A stretch of 64,000 nucleotides of DNA from the human T2T-CHM13v2.0 reference genome, Homo sapiens. Where the stretch lies: assembly GCA_009914755.4 (NCBI GenBank), contig CP086569.2, positions 13,120,001 through 13,184,000 on the forward strand, given 5' to 3'. Positions 1-12,960 of the stretch are shown here, one piece after another (position 1 is the stretch's first letter; each line of letters opens with the position of its first letter). A model generated the notes under the pieces. That model had not been told where the DNA came from, did not search any database, and was given only the letters and a program-made list of their open reading frames with translations. The translations under genes were made by a program, and so were the position numbers.

Positions 1-3000
1 CCTGTATCTTTCATGTGAAGGACACACTTTCTGTTCCTCCCCTTGCAAAACACACTTTCTGTTTCTCTTCTGTAAAAAATGCATTTTCTCTATCTCCCCT
101 GTGCAGCAACACTTCCTGTTTCTTTTCTGTGTAGGACAAACCACTTGTGACTCCCATGTGCAGGAGAAACTTTCTGTTTATCCTCTGTGCAAGACATACT
201 GTGGTTCCTGCCCTGTGTAGAACACATGTCCTGTGTCTCCCCTTGCAGGACACAGTTCCTGTTCTTCCCCTGTGGAATATACACTTTCTGTTCCTTCCCT
301 GTGTAGGACAGACTTCTTGTTACTCTTCTGAGACAGAAACACTTCCTGTTCTTTCCCTGTGCAAGGCACACTTCCTGTGAAGGACACACTTCCTGTTACC
401 CTCTGGAGAAAGACATACCTTTTGGTCCTGCTCTGTGCAGGATACTCTTCCTGTGCCTCACCTGTGAAGACACACTTTCTGTTCCTCCCCTGTGCAGGTC
501 TCACTTTTATTTCTCTTCTGTGAAGAACACACTTACTGTTTTACTTCTGTGAAGGGCACACTTCCTGTTTCTTCTCTGTGCAGAACACACTTTCTCTGTC
601 TCCCCTGTGAAGGATATACTTTCTGTTCCTCCCCTGTGCTGGACACTTCCTGTGTCTCCCCTCTGAAGGACACACTTTCTGCTTATCCTTTGTGCAGGAC
701 ACATTTCCTTTTCCTGCCCTGGACAGGACACACATCCTGTGTGTACCTCTTGGAGGGCACACTTCTGGTGTCTTTCTGTGCATAGCACACTTCCTGTTAT
801 TCTCCTGAGAGACATACTTTCTGTTCCTCCCCTGTGCAGCATACACTTCCTCTGTCTCCCTTTGCAGGACACACTTCCTCTTCCTCCCCTGAGGAGCAAT
901 CACTTTCTGTACTTTCCCAGTACAAGACAGAATTTTTTTAATCTCCTGAGACAGACACACTTCCTGTTCCTTCCCTGTGCAGGACACATTTCCTGTGACT
1001 TTCCTATGAAGGACACACTTTCTGTTACTCTCCTGGGGAGGGACACAATTCTTGTTCCTGCCCTGTGCAGGGCACACTTCCTGTCTCCATTGTGAATGAC
1101 AAACTTTCTGTTCCTTCCCCGTGCAGTACACACTTCCTGTTAATCTCCTTAGGCAGACACATTTCCTTTGTGTCTCCTGTGCAGGTCACACATCCTGTTT
1201 CTCCCCTGTGAAAGACACACTGTTTATCCTCTGTGCAGGAAACACTAACTGTTCCTTCCCTGTGCAGAACACACTTCCTGTGTCTCCCCTGTGCATGACA
1301 CACTTCCTTTTTCCCCCTATGCAGCACACGCTTTCTGTTCCTCCCCTGTGCAGTACACACTTCCCTCTTCTCCCCTATGCAGCACACACTTTCTTTTCCT
1401 CCCCTGTACAGTACACGTCCTATGTCTCTCTTTTGTAAGACATTTTCTATTTCTGCCCTATCCAATACACACTTTCTGTTTCTATCCTGTGCATAAAATA
1501 TTTCCTGTTACTCTCTTGAGACAGCCACACTTCCTGTTCTTCAACTCTGCAGGACACACTTCCTGTTACTTTCATGACACAGCCACACTTCCTGCTCTTC
1601 CCCAGTGCAGGACACACTTCCTGTGTTTCTCCTGTGCATGACACACTTCCTACACACTTCCTATTACTATCCTGAGACAGACACACTTTCTGTTCCTCCC
1701 CTGTGCAGGACACACTTCCTGTGTCTCCCTTGTGCATGACAAACTTTCTGCTACTCTCCTCAGACAGATACTTTTCCTGTTACTTCCCTGTGCAGGACAC
1801 ACTTCCTGCTTTTCTTTGTGAAAGACACACTTCGTTATCTTCCCTTTACATGACACACTTCCTGTTCCTATCCTGTGCAGCACACACTTTCTGCTCCTGT
1901 TCTGTGCAGGACACTCTTCTTGTTACTCTTCAAACAGACACACATCCTGTGTGTCTCCTGTGGTGGGCACACTTCCTGTTACAATCCTGAGACAGACACA
2001 CTTTCTGTTCCTTCCCAGTGCAGGACACACTTCCTGTTTTTCTTCTGTGAAGGACATGTTTCTTCTTTCAGCTCTGTGAATGACACTCTTTCTGTGTCTC
2101 CCCTATGCAGCACCCACTTTTTGTTCCTCCACTGTGCAGCACACACTTCCTGTTTCTCCCTTCTGCAGCACACACTTTCTGTTCCTCCCCTGTGCACTAC
2201 ACACTTTCTGCTCCTTCCCTTTGCAGAACACACTTTCTATTTTTCTTCTGTGAAGGACACACTTCTTTCAGCCTTGTGAATGACACACTTTCTCTGTCTC
2301 CCCTATGTAGCACCCACTTTCTGTTCCTCCCCTGTGCAGTACACACTTCCTGTTTCTCCCCTATGCAGCACACCCTTTCTGTTCCTCCCCTGTGCGGTAC
2401 ATACATCCTGTGTCTCTCCTTTCCATGACACATTTTCTATGTCAGCCCTATCCGATACACATTTTGTGCTTTTATCCTATGAATGACACACTTCCTGTTA
2501 TTTTCATGACACAGCCACACTTCCTGCTCTTTCCCCATTCACGACACACTTCCTGTGTTTCCACTGTTTATGACACATTTCCTATTACACTCTTGAGAGA
2601 GACACACTTTCTGTTCCACCCCTGTGCAGGACACACTTCCTGTATCTCCCTTTTGCATGACAAACTTCCATAGCTTTCCTCAGCCATACACTTTTCCCTG
2701 TACTTCCCTGTGCATGACACATTTTCTATTTCTCTTCTGTGAAGAACACACTTCCTGCTTTTCCTCTGTGACAGACACACTTGCTGTTCTTCCCGTGTGC
2801 AGGACACACTTCCTGTATCTCCCATTTACAGGACCCACTTCTTGTTTCTTTCCTGTGCAGCACACACTTTCTGTTCCTGTCCTGTGTAAGACACACTTCT
2901 TGTTGATCTCTTGAGACAGACACACTTCCTGTTCTTCCTCTGTGCATTAAACACTTCTTGTGTTTCCCTGTGCATGACACACTACTTCTTTCTGTCCTGG

Positions 3001-5580
3001 GCAAGACACACTTCCTGCTTCTCTCCTGTGAATGACACATTTTCTTATCTCCCCTGTGCAGAACACACTTCCTGTGCCTCCCCTTTACAGGACTTACTTC
3101 CTGTTCCCACTCTGTGATGCAAACACTTTCTGTTTCTGTTCTGTGCAGGACACACTACTTGTTACTCTCCTTAGAGAGACACACTTCCTGTGTCTCCTCT
3201 GTGCAGGACACATTTCCTGTGTCTCCCCTGTGCTGGACTCACTTCCTTTTACTCCCCTGAGACAGAAACACTTTGTGTTCCTTCCCTGTGCAGGACACAC
3301 TTCCTGTTCTTCTTCTGTGAAGCACATGCTTCTTCCTTCAGCTCTCTGAATGACATACTTCCTGTGTCTTCCCTATGCAGCACACACTGTTTCTACCCTG
3401 TGCAGTAGACACTTCCTCTGTCTCTTTGCAAGATACACTTTCTGTTTCTGCCCTGTCCTGTACACACTTCTGTTTCTATCCTGTGCATGACACACTTCCT
3501 GTTATTTTAGTGTCACAGCCACACTTCCTTCTCTTCCCCTGCGCAGGACACACCTCCTATTTCCCCTGTGCATGACACACTTTCTATTACTCTCCTGAGA
3601 CAGACACACTTTCTGTTCCTACTCTGTGCAGGACACACTTCCTGAATTTCCCTTGTGCATGACAAATTTTCTGTTACTCTCCTCAGACAGATACTTTTCT
3701 TGTCACTTCCCTGTGCAGGACACATGTCCAGTTTCTCTTCTGTGAAGAACACAATTCCTGTTCTTCCTCTGTGAAAGACACACTTCCTGTTTCTCCTGTT
3801 TAGCACACACTTCCAGTGTCTCCCCTGTGTATGACACACTTCCTGTTTCTGTCCTATGAATAACACACTTGTTTCTCTCCTGTGGACACAATTCCTTGTC
3901 CCCCTTGTGCAGGTCATACTTTTTGTGTCTCCTCTTTACAGGACACACTTCCTGGGTCTCCCCTTTGCAGGACACAATTCCTGTTCTTATTCTACACAGC
4001 ACACATTTTCTGTTCCTGTCCTGTGTAACAGCTATTTATTGTTACTCTCCTGAGATAGAAACTCTTCCTGTTCTTCTCCTGTCTGTGACATACTTCCTGA
4101 GTGCTCCCTGTGCATGACACACTTCCTCTTTCTGTCCTTTGCAAGACACATTTCCTGTTTCTCCCCTGTGAAGGACAAACTGTCTTCTCTTCCCTGTGGA
4201 GGACACACTTTCTTTGTCTCCCCTTTGTAGGACACACTTCCTGTTCCTACCTTGTGCAGCATACACTTTCTGTTTCTGTCCTGTGCAAGATGCACTTCTT
4301 GTTACTCTCCTGAGACAGACACACTTGCTTTTCCTCCCCTGGGCAGGATGAGCTTCCTGTGTCTTTCCTGTGCCTGACACAACTTCTGTTACTCTCATGA
4401 GACTCACTCTTCTGCTTCTGCCCTGTGCAGGATGCACTTTTTGTGTCTCCCCTGTGCACAACACACTTTCTGTTTCTCTACTTTGCAAGACACAACTCCT
4501 GCACATTCTTTTTTGCAGGACACACTTCCTATTCCTTCTGGTGAAGCACACACTTTCTGTTCCTCCCCTGTGCAGGACACATTTCTTGTTACTCTCCTGA
4601 AACTGACACACTTCCTGTTCTTTTCCTGTACAGGACACACTTCCTGTTTTTCCTTTTCCTCCTCTTTTTAGGAAACACTGCCTGTGTGTCCCCTGTGCTG
4701 GACACATTTCCTGTGTCACCTCTGTGCAGGACACACTTGCTGTTTCCCCCTGTGCAGTAAGCACTTTCTGTTCCTCTGTTGTACAGGATACACCTCCTGT
4801 TTTTCCCCCGTGGAACACACACTTTCTGTTCTCTTGTGCAGGTTACAGTTCTCATTTCTCCCATGCAGCACACACTTTGTTTCTTTCTTGTTTCTGGGCA
4901 CACTTTTTGTTACTCTCCCCTGTGTTGGACACACTTCTTGTTACACTCCTGAGACAGACACACTTCCTGTTTCTCTCCTATGCAGGACACAGTTCCTGTT
5001 CCTTCCCTGTGCAGCACATACTTTCTGTTCCTCCCCTGTGCAGCACACATTTTGTTTCTTTTCTGTGAAGAACACACTTCTGGTTTCTCTTCTTTGAAGG
5101 ACACACTTCCTGTTCCTCCCCTGTGCAGGACACATTTCCTATTTCTCCTCTGTGTGGAACATACTTCCTGTGTCTCCCTTGTACAGGACAACTTCATGTT
5201 TATCCTCTGTGCAGGGCACACTTTTTCTTCCTCCCCTGTGCAGGACATACTTTCTGTGTCTCCTTTTTGCAGGACACACTTCTTGTTCTTCTCTTGTGAA
5301 GCACACACTTTCTATTCTTCTCCTGTGAAGTACAGTCTTCTTGTTAATCTCCTAAGACAGACACACTACCAGCTCCTCCCCTGTGCAGGATGCACTTACT
5401 GTTCATCTCCTGTGCAGGACACCCTTCCTGTTCCTCCCTTGTGTGAGACACACTTCTTGTGCATAGTCTTTACAGGACACACTTTCTGTTTCTATTCTGT
5501 GCAGCACACACTTTCTATTCCTGTCCTGTGCAGGACAAACTTCCTGTTACTCTCCAGAGACAGATGCACTTCCTTTTTCA
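1..5580. repeat. Minisatellite array, ~29-bp unit (consensus ~CCTGTGCAGGACACACTTCCTGTTCCTCC), ~190 degenerate copies; array is cut by the window start
   Basis: CCTGTGCAGG / CACACTTCCTGTT motifs recur every 27-30 bp over the whole interval. Translated ORFs show a 29-aa (87-bp = 3 units) periodicity. Variant units (e.g. ...TACTCTCCTGAGACAGACACAC...) recur periodically. Confidence 0.95.
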
Positions 5581-5860
5581 CCCTTGTCTTTTTTTTCTTT
5601 CTTTTTTTCCTGTCTGTCCTTTCTTTCTTTCCTTCTATGTTTTATTTTTTCTTTCTTTTCTTCTTTTGTTTTCTCTTCCTTTATTCCTTTTTCTTTTCTT
5701 TCTCTCCTTCCTTCCTTCCTCTCTCCCTTCCTTCTTTTTTCTTTCTTTCTTTCTTTCCTTCCTTCTTTCTCTCTTCTTTCTTTCTTTATGTCTCTCCTTT
5801 CTTTGTGTCTTTTTTTCTTGTTTCTTTTCTTTCTTTCTTTTTTTTTTTTTTTTTTTGAGA
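5581..5860. repeat. Polypyrimidine low-complexity block, (TTTC)n/(CTTC)n, ending in a T-run
   Basis: About 280 bp made almost only of C and T on the + strand. Confidence 0.9.
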
Positions 5861-5975
5861 CAGGGTCTCACCATGTTGCCCAAGCTCATCTTGAACTCCT
5901 GAGCTTGAGCAATCCTCCTGCCTTTGTCTCCCAAAATGCTGGGGATATAGGTTTGACCCACCATGCCTAACCCAT
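5857..5975 (-). mobile_element. Free Alu monomer (FLAM/FRAM-like), antisense
   Basis: T-run then GAGACAGGGTCTCACCATGTTGCCCA...CCTCCTGCC...CCCAAAATGCTGGGGATATAGG = reverse complement of the Alu left monomer; ~120 bp. Confidence 0.7.
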
Positions 5976-6528
5976 CCTTCTTATTGATCTTTGTAGCCAC
6001 AGATAATTATTTCAAAACAATTAAGTGATACTCTTTAAAAAATCTTTATCTTCCTTCTCCCCCCATAAATATGCACATAGTTTCCTATGGCATGCGATTT
6101 TCCATTGCAATGCTACATTCCCAAATAAATATCTTTTCTTTTACAGAGTATCTCTGTTATTTAAGATGACACTAGTTTATTTCAGCACACTTAAATATTA
6201 AACTTTTAGACATTTTTTCATCAATTGATGGCCTGATTCAAATCAGCATAACCTGTTTGTCAGAAAATCCTGGTTTACAACTCTAAAAATCAATAAAGGT
6301 GGTGTTCTAACTTATTAATAAAGTTAAGAAAATATCCAAGAATGACAGACTTTTATATACTTTGGAAAAAGAGAACTATCCAGAAAAAAAATGTTTTAAG
6401 ACATTTTGTTCCCTGTTTGACATGTGTTTCTCAATATTGATTTATTTGCATAACAAAGTTTAATTCTTAACTGATAAAAGTAGAGCGAATTATCATGTGA
6501 TTGATCATCATACTTACACTAGTTATAA

Positions 6529-6733
<205 letters not shown>

Positions 6734-7380
6734 TGAGGCCAGAGTATAATTCAATCAATCTAATTAGAAAAGTGTAGGAACAAATTTTTATTTCTAGTCT
6801 TTGGCGACTAACAGGATGACTTGCAAGGATTTCCAGGCTAAATTTTTGGCTAAGCAGGGGATCTGTACAACAAGAATGACAGAATCCAAGAGCACATTAG
6901 TTAACAGTCTTTACTAAGGAAAACCCCAGTCTGTGTAAAGAATCCAAAATGGTAATCATGTATGCATTTTAGCACCATTGTTTTCTACCCTCACTCTCAG
7001 CGATGCCTGGAGGTTACCCTCATGTCTTTGAATAGTTTCTTATTGCCACTTTTATTTTTCATACTCACTCTTTATCTCCTGTTGCCTGTGGAAGCACTTG
7101 GTAAGCAAGGTCTTTTTCAACATTAGACAGCAGAAGTGGAGAATTGCAAAACAGATGATGTCATTGTTTCTTGTTGATCTTCGCATCCACATTTCCATTA
7201 TCATCACACAGAAAATTACCTTGATTGTCTGCATATTATAAGGACCACCTCCAAGCTAACAACTTTCTCTGCATTATTTTAATCTGTCTTAACCATCTGT
7301 AATATTTTTGGCATACTTTGGCTGTTTCAATTAAGTGGATGCTCCTTTTTACTATCCTATACAAATATTTTTCTTCTGCA

Positions 7381-7672
7381 TTTTTTGGGGTTTTTTTGAG
7401 AGTTTCCCTCTGTCACCCAGGCTGGAGTGCAGTGGTGCGATCTTGGTTCACTCTGGCATCGACTTCCTAAGGTGATCCTCCCACCTCAGCCTCCTGAGTA
7501 TCCAGGACCACAGGTGTGTGCCACCATGCCCAGTTAATTTTTTTGCATTTTTGTAGAGACAGTGTTTCATCATGTTTCTCAGCTGGTCTCACACTTCTGG
7601 GCTCAAGTGATCTTCTCACCTTGGCCTCCCAAAGTGCTGGGACTACAAGTATGAGCCATTCTGCCAGAACTG
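7381..7672 (-). mobile_element. Alu, antisense, full length
   Basis: T-run + GAGAGTTTCCCTCTGTCACCCAGGCTGGAGTGCAGTGG ... CCTCCCAAAGTGCTGGGACTACAAG. Confidence 0.9.
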
Positions 7673-7875
7673 CATTTTTTCATACTATTCCTTGCTTTTA
7701 TTGAAGTGTCCACCCTATGCCTGTTGTGTTTGTGTGAATGTGTGTGTGTCGCACTTCCTGTATAAATGTCTTCTCTCTGACCTTCTCCTCCCTTCTTGTC
7801 TCTGGTATCAAATTCCCCCCCAAGAAACTAGAATTTCTCCATAGAAGTTAGATTTTTTCCCCATAGAAACTGGAA

Positions 7876-8807
7876 TTTTCGCAACCTACTCATCTGACAA
7901 AGGGCTAATATCCAGAATCTACAATGAACTCAAACAGATTTACAAGAAAAAAACAAACAACCCCATCAAAAAGTGGGCAAAGGACATGAACAGACACTTC
8001 TCAAAAGAAGATATTTATGCAGCCAAAAAACACATGAAAAAATGCTCATCATCACTGGCCATCAGAGAAATGCAAATCAAAACCACAATGAGATACCATT
8101 TCACACCAGTTAGAATGGCAATCATTAAAAAGTCAGGAAACAACAGGTGCTGGAGAGGATGTGGAGAAATAGGAACACTTTTACACTGTTGGTGGGACTG
8201 TAAACTAGTTCAACCATTGTGGAAGTCAGTGTGGCGATTCCTCAGGGATCTAGAACTAGAAATACCATTTGACCCAGCCATCCCATTACTGGGTATATAC
8301 CCAAAGAACTCTAAATCATGCTGCTATAAAGACACATGCACACGTATGTTTATTGCGGCATTATTCACAATAGCAAAGACTTGGAACCAACCCAAATGTC
8401 CAACAATGATAGACTGGATTAAGAAAATGTGGCACATATACACCATGGAATGCTATGCAGCCATAAAAAATGATGAGTTCATGTCCTTTGTAGGGACATG
8501 GATGAAATTGGAAAGCATCATTCTCAGTAAACTATCGCAAGAACAATAAACCAAACACCGCATATTCTCACTCATAGGTGGGAATTGAACAATGAGATCA
8601 CATGGACACAGGAAGGGGAATATCACACTCTGGGGACTGTGGTGGGGTTGGGGGAGGGGGGAGGGATAGCACTGGGAGATATACCTAATGCTAGATGACG
8701 AGTTAGTGGGTGCAGCGCACCAGCATGGCACATGTATACGTATGTAACTAACCTGCACAATGTGCCCATGTACCCTAAAACTTAAAGTATAATAATAAAA
8801 AAAAAAG
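7876..8807 (+). mobile_element. L1 (L1PA-like) 3' end: ORF2 C-terminal ~200 codons + 3' UTR + poly(A). 5'-truncated insertion flanked by a 13-bp TSD GAAACTGGAATTT.
   Basis: Track ORF 7986..8549 translates to [38 protein letters not shown]...[10 protein letters not shown], the canonical L1 ORF2p C-terminus. The 3' UTR ends in AATAATAAAAAAAAAAG. GAAACTGGAATTT is found at 7866-7878 and 8808-8820. Confidence 0.9.
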
Positions 8808-9653
8808 AAACTGGAATTTCTTTTCTTTCAAGGTGAATCATAGAATCAGAACCTCTTTTCTTCATGACCAGCCATAAGATGTAAATTTATTACAGTAGCT
8901 CCCTGCTGCCTTTCTGGGTAAAAACTGGCTCATCTCTGTATTTCTTTTAAACCCAAATAAACTCGATAGGAGTTAACTCAAGTACACGGTTACTGCAAAA
9001 TTAATTTGGTAAAATTATGCCTAAGTATTTTCATAGAAACACAATTGATTACAGCAGCAATTATCCACTTTTCACTCTCCTTAATTACAGCTAGATATTT
9101 CATTTCCATCTTTATTTGCATGCAAGGAGGTTGTATGGATTCCAAATATAAGTGCAGGCTAGGAGGAGTTATCACCAGTCATTGATTCTGAGAAAGGTCC
9201 CTACAGAGCCTGCCTGAAAAGCATTTCAACAAAAAGGATGCTGTACCTGGAATTCCACTGTGAATTCATGAATGTAACACAATCCAGGGAAAGAGAGACC
9301 CAGTGAGTCCCTCAGAGCTTCTCTGTGGTATCTCAATACTTTCTGCTTTATGTTAAGTAGAGTTTCACAAGACCCACAACCCTTTGTGGTTTTTCTTTGA
9401 TTTGCCCAATAAGACATTACAATAAAATTCACATTAAGATGTCAAAGGGAAAAGAAAGAATTATTTACCAGCATTCTACCAAATGAAAAATCAAAACTTC
9501 TCTTGTGTATACAGGTAATCCAGGTAGACTATTTCATTACTAAACGAGGTCCTCTCTTGTTTGATTTCTCTAACTACTAAGTCTGTGTACATGAGGCATT
9601 TCTCCAAAATTTTTCTGGTCTTCTTCTTCACTTGCCCATCAAATATGCGGTAA

Positions 9654-10049
<396 letters not shown>

Positions 10050-10880
10050 TGCTTATAAGAATATTTTGCGTGTAGGAAATCTCAACTTTGTGGTGCTTCA
10101 ACCTGTCTATTGGTACCTGGATAGAAATAAATAAAGCCTAAGGTCAAAGTCAAGATTAAAGTATTCTGCTGGGAGAACTGGGGTTTCCAAAAAGAAATGT
10201 AGAGTCAACAGCAAAGGGCTCAAAGGTAAAGAAGCTCACATGCATACCCTGCCTGAATTTGGATTCTCTGAGCTGTACTGTAAAATGAGGATATGCACAC
10301 TTTATTCACAAAGAAGTTAACAACTAAATTAGGCAAGGTATATACAATGTCTGACACATAGTAATTATTTAAACATCATTTTAGCTAAGAAAAAGTTTTC
10401 TTTCCAAAAGAAATAATTCAGAATGTTATTTTTTAAAGTTAACTCTCAGCTGCATGCTTCCAATTATATGACATTGTGGAAAAAACAAAACTATGGAGGA
10501 AATAAAAAGATCAGTTGTTGATACAGGTTGGGGGAGGAGGGATATAAACAGGTGGAGCACAGAGGATTTTAGGAAAAGTGAAACTATGCTTGTGATAATA
10601 TAGTGTGGGATGCATGTCATTATGGATTTGTCAAAACCCTCAGAATGCACACCACCAACCGTGAACTTAAACTATGGACTTTGGGTTATGATGATGTGTC
10701 AGTGTGGGCCCAAGGATTGTAGCAAATGCACCACTCTAGTAGGGGATGTTGACAGTGGAGGAGGCTGTGCGTGTCTGGGGGCAACAGAATATATGGATAG
10801 TCTCTGTACTTTCCACTGGATTTTTCTGTAAACCCAAAACTGCTCTAAAAATAATGGTCTATTAAAAATAATAATATGGT

Positions 10881-11165
10881 GGCTGGGCACGGTGGCTCAC
10901 ACCTGTAATCCCAGCACTTCAGGAGGCCGAGGTGGGTGGATCACCTGAGGTCAGGAATTCAAGACAAGCCTGGGCAATGTGGCAAAATGCTGTCTCTACT
11001 AAAAATAGAAAAAATTAGCAAAGCGTGATGTCACACGCCTGTAGGGAAGCTGAGGCATGAGAACCACTTGAACCCAGGAGGTGGAGGTTGCAGTGAGCAA
11101 AGATCATGCCATGGGTGACAGAGTGAGACTTCATTTCAAAATAATAATAATTATTATTATTGCAA
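10881..11165 (+). mobile_element. Alu, sense
   Basis: GGCTGGGCACGGTGGCTCACACCTGTAATCCCAGCACTT...; A/T-rich tail. Confidence 0.9.
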
Positions 11166-11172
11166 TTATATG

Positions 11173-11448
11173 GCGGAAGGATTTCTTGAGGCTCATAGTT
11201 TAAGACCAGCCTTGCCAAGATGACAAGTCCCCATCTGTACCTAAAAGAGAAAAATTTGCTGGACATGGTGATGTGCACCTGTATTCCCAGCTACTCAGGA
11301 GGCTGAGGTGGATGGATTGCTTAAGCCCAGGAGGTCAAGATTTCAGTGAGCCATGATCACAACACCACACTCCATCCTGGGCAACAAAGCAAGATCTCAC
11401 CTTGAAAATTAAATTACTACTATTGTTACTAATAATAATAATAAAAAA
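11173..11448 (+). mobile_element. Alu (older, 5'-truncated), sense
   Basis: ...AGACCAGCCTTGCCAAGATG...GCACCTGTATTCCCAGCTACTCAGGAGGCTGAGG... Confidence 0.85.
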
Positions 11449-11493
11449 CAACTATACGATATATGGAAATGTTGATGTATGTTAAAAATTCTT

Positions 11494-11803
11494 GGCCAGG
11501 TATGTTGGCTCTTGCCTGCAATCCTAGCACTTTACGAGGCTAAGGCAGACAGATTGCTTGAGCCCAGAAGTTCAAGAACAGCCTTGGCAACATTGCAAAA
11601 CCCCCTCTCTACCCAAAAAAAATACAAAGTATATTAGTGGGTTGTGGTGATGGCATGTGCCTGGAGTCCCAGCAACTCGGGAGGCTGAGGTGGGAGGATC
11701 AATTGAGGCTGGGAGGTGGAGGTTGCAATAATCCAAGATCACACCACTGCCCTCCAGCCTCGGTGATGGAGCCAGACCCTGTCTCAAGGAAAAAAAAAAA
11801 AAT
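11494..11803 (+). mobile_element. Alu, sense
   Basis: GGCCAGGTATGTTGGCTCTTGCCTGCAATCCTAGCACTTTACGAGGC...CTGTCTCAAGGAAAAAAAAAAAA. Confidence 0.9.
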
Positions 11804-12839
11804 CCATGTCTTATATCACATGGCAAGAAACACCAGGGATTAACACCATTAATTTTAGATTTTTTCTTGATGAACTCAACAAATTATTGATGTCTATTGT
11901 GTGATAAACCAACTCTAAGTGTAAAGAATATAAGAGAAAAAAAACTCAATATTTTCATCCGAAAAACAAGGCTGTAAAGTAAGTCAACACCTCATTTAAA
12001 AAAAAACACTTAAATTTTTTAGTAAATTGCTGTTTGTGTAAATTGAGCTGTGTCGGAAGTTCAATCCTGGCTCATTCAAAGTGATGCCTTCCTGTATTTG
12101 AATGTGTGCTCTGTAGTCTGATTTGCAACACGAATGATGTTGCAAAGAAAAATGCCCATCATGTAACAGGATATCTCAGAGGTGCAGGGAGGTGGGAAGA
12201 CGTGCTTAAGATCACATCTTGACTAAGCTTTAAAGCTGAGATTAAAATGCAGGTCTAACTGGCTTGCAAGTCCTGTTCTTTGTGCTCTCAGACATCATCA
12301 AACTGTTCTTTTCTCAAGGTTGGGTCAAGGTTGGACAGAAGCAAGCAAGAGTTTTAAAGGTTGGGTCAAGTTTGTACAGAGGCAGCAGGAGCTTTAATTG
12401 TCTCTCACCATCCCTTAATGCTCTTGTGAGCCAAAAAAAACCGTGCAAAGCCCACAGGCAAGGGCTCCCTTGGGTAGGACTGAAGCCACACAGAGCATCA
12501 ATGCAGCCAGCAGACTTGCAACAGTGGCTGTCACCTGCTCTCCTGCTTCATCCCATTCCACAGTGTTAACAGCTTTCCCATTTTTTCTTTAATGTTGAGT
12601 GCTAACAGGCAGATGTCTCTTGCATTGGGAGCTGGGTCTGTGACTTCTAGTGCTAAACAGAGCACCTCACTGCTAAGAATGAGGACGACTTAGTGTGAGG
12701 AACAAGGGAATGAAAATCAAGGGACCCTCTCTTGCATCTGAGAAGGGTTTTGGCTAGCACTGTTTCAGAGGCATATGGAGAATTTCGGTTCAATAAATTC
12801 TGTTCTTTATCCTGCTGTCCAGACCATTGATTCTACTTA

Positions 12840-12960
12840 TTTCTATATCTATATATATCTATATACATATATATGTATGTCATTTATTTGTCATCTCTAG
12901 CTCATCTATTTATCTATCTTCTCTCTCTTTCTCTCTCTCTCTCCTTGTCTGTCTGTAAAG
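12840..12960. repeat. Simple/low-complexity repeat (TA/TATC/TCTC-rich)
   Basis: ctatatctatatatatctatatacatatatatgtatg...tctctctttctctctctctctcc. Confidence 0.8.

Noticed and set aside
147-5970. Numerous + and - strand ORFs of 60-292 aa (e.g. 4980..5858, 4042..4818) across the first 6 kb
   Set aside because: They are periodic translations of the 29-bp minisatellite and the CT-rich block (C/H/F/L/S-rich, repeating every 29 aa). There is no start-context, splice or conservation signal.
7986-8549. 187-aa ORF, strongest-looking CDS in the window
   Set aside because: It is the C-terminal end of L1 ORF2p inside a 5'-truncated L1; not a cellular gene.
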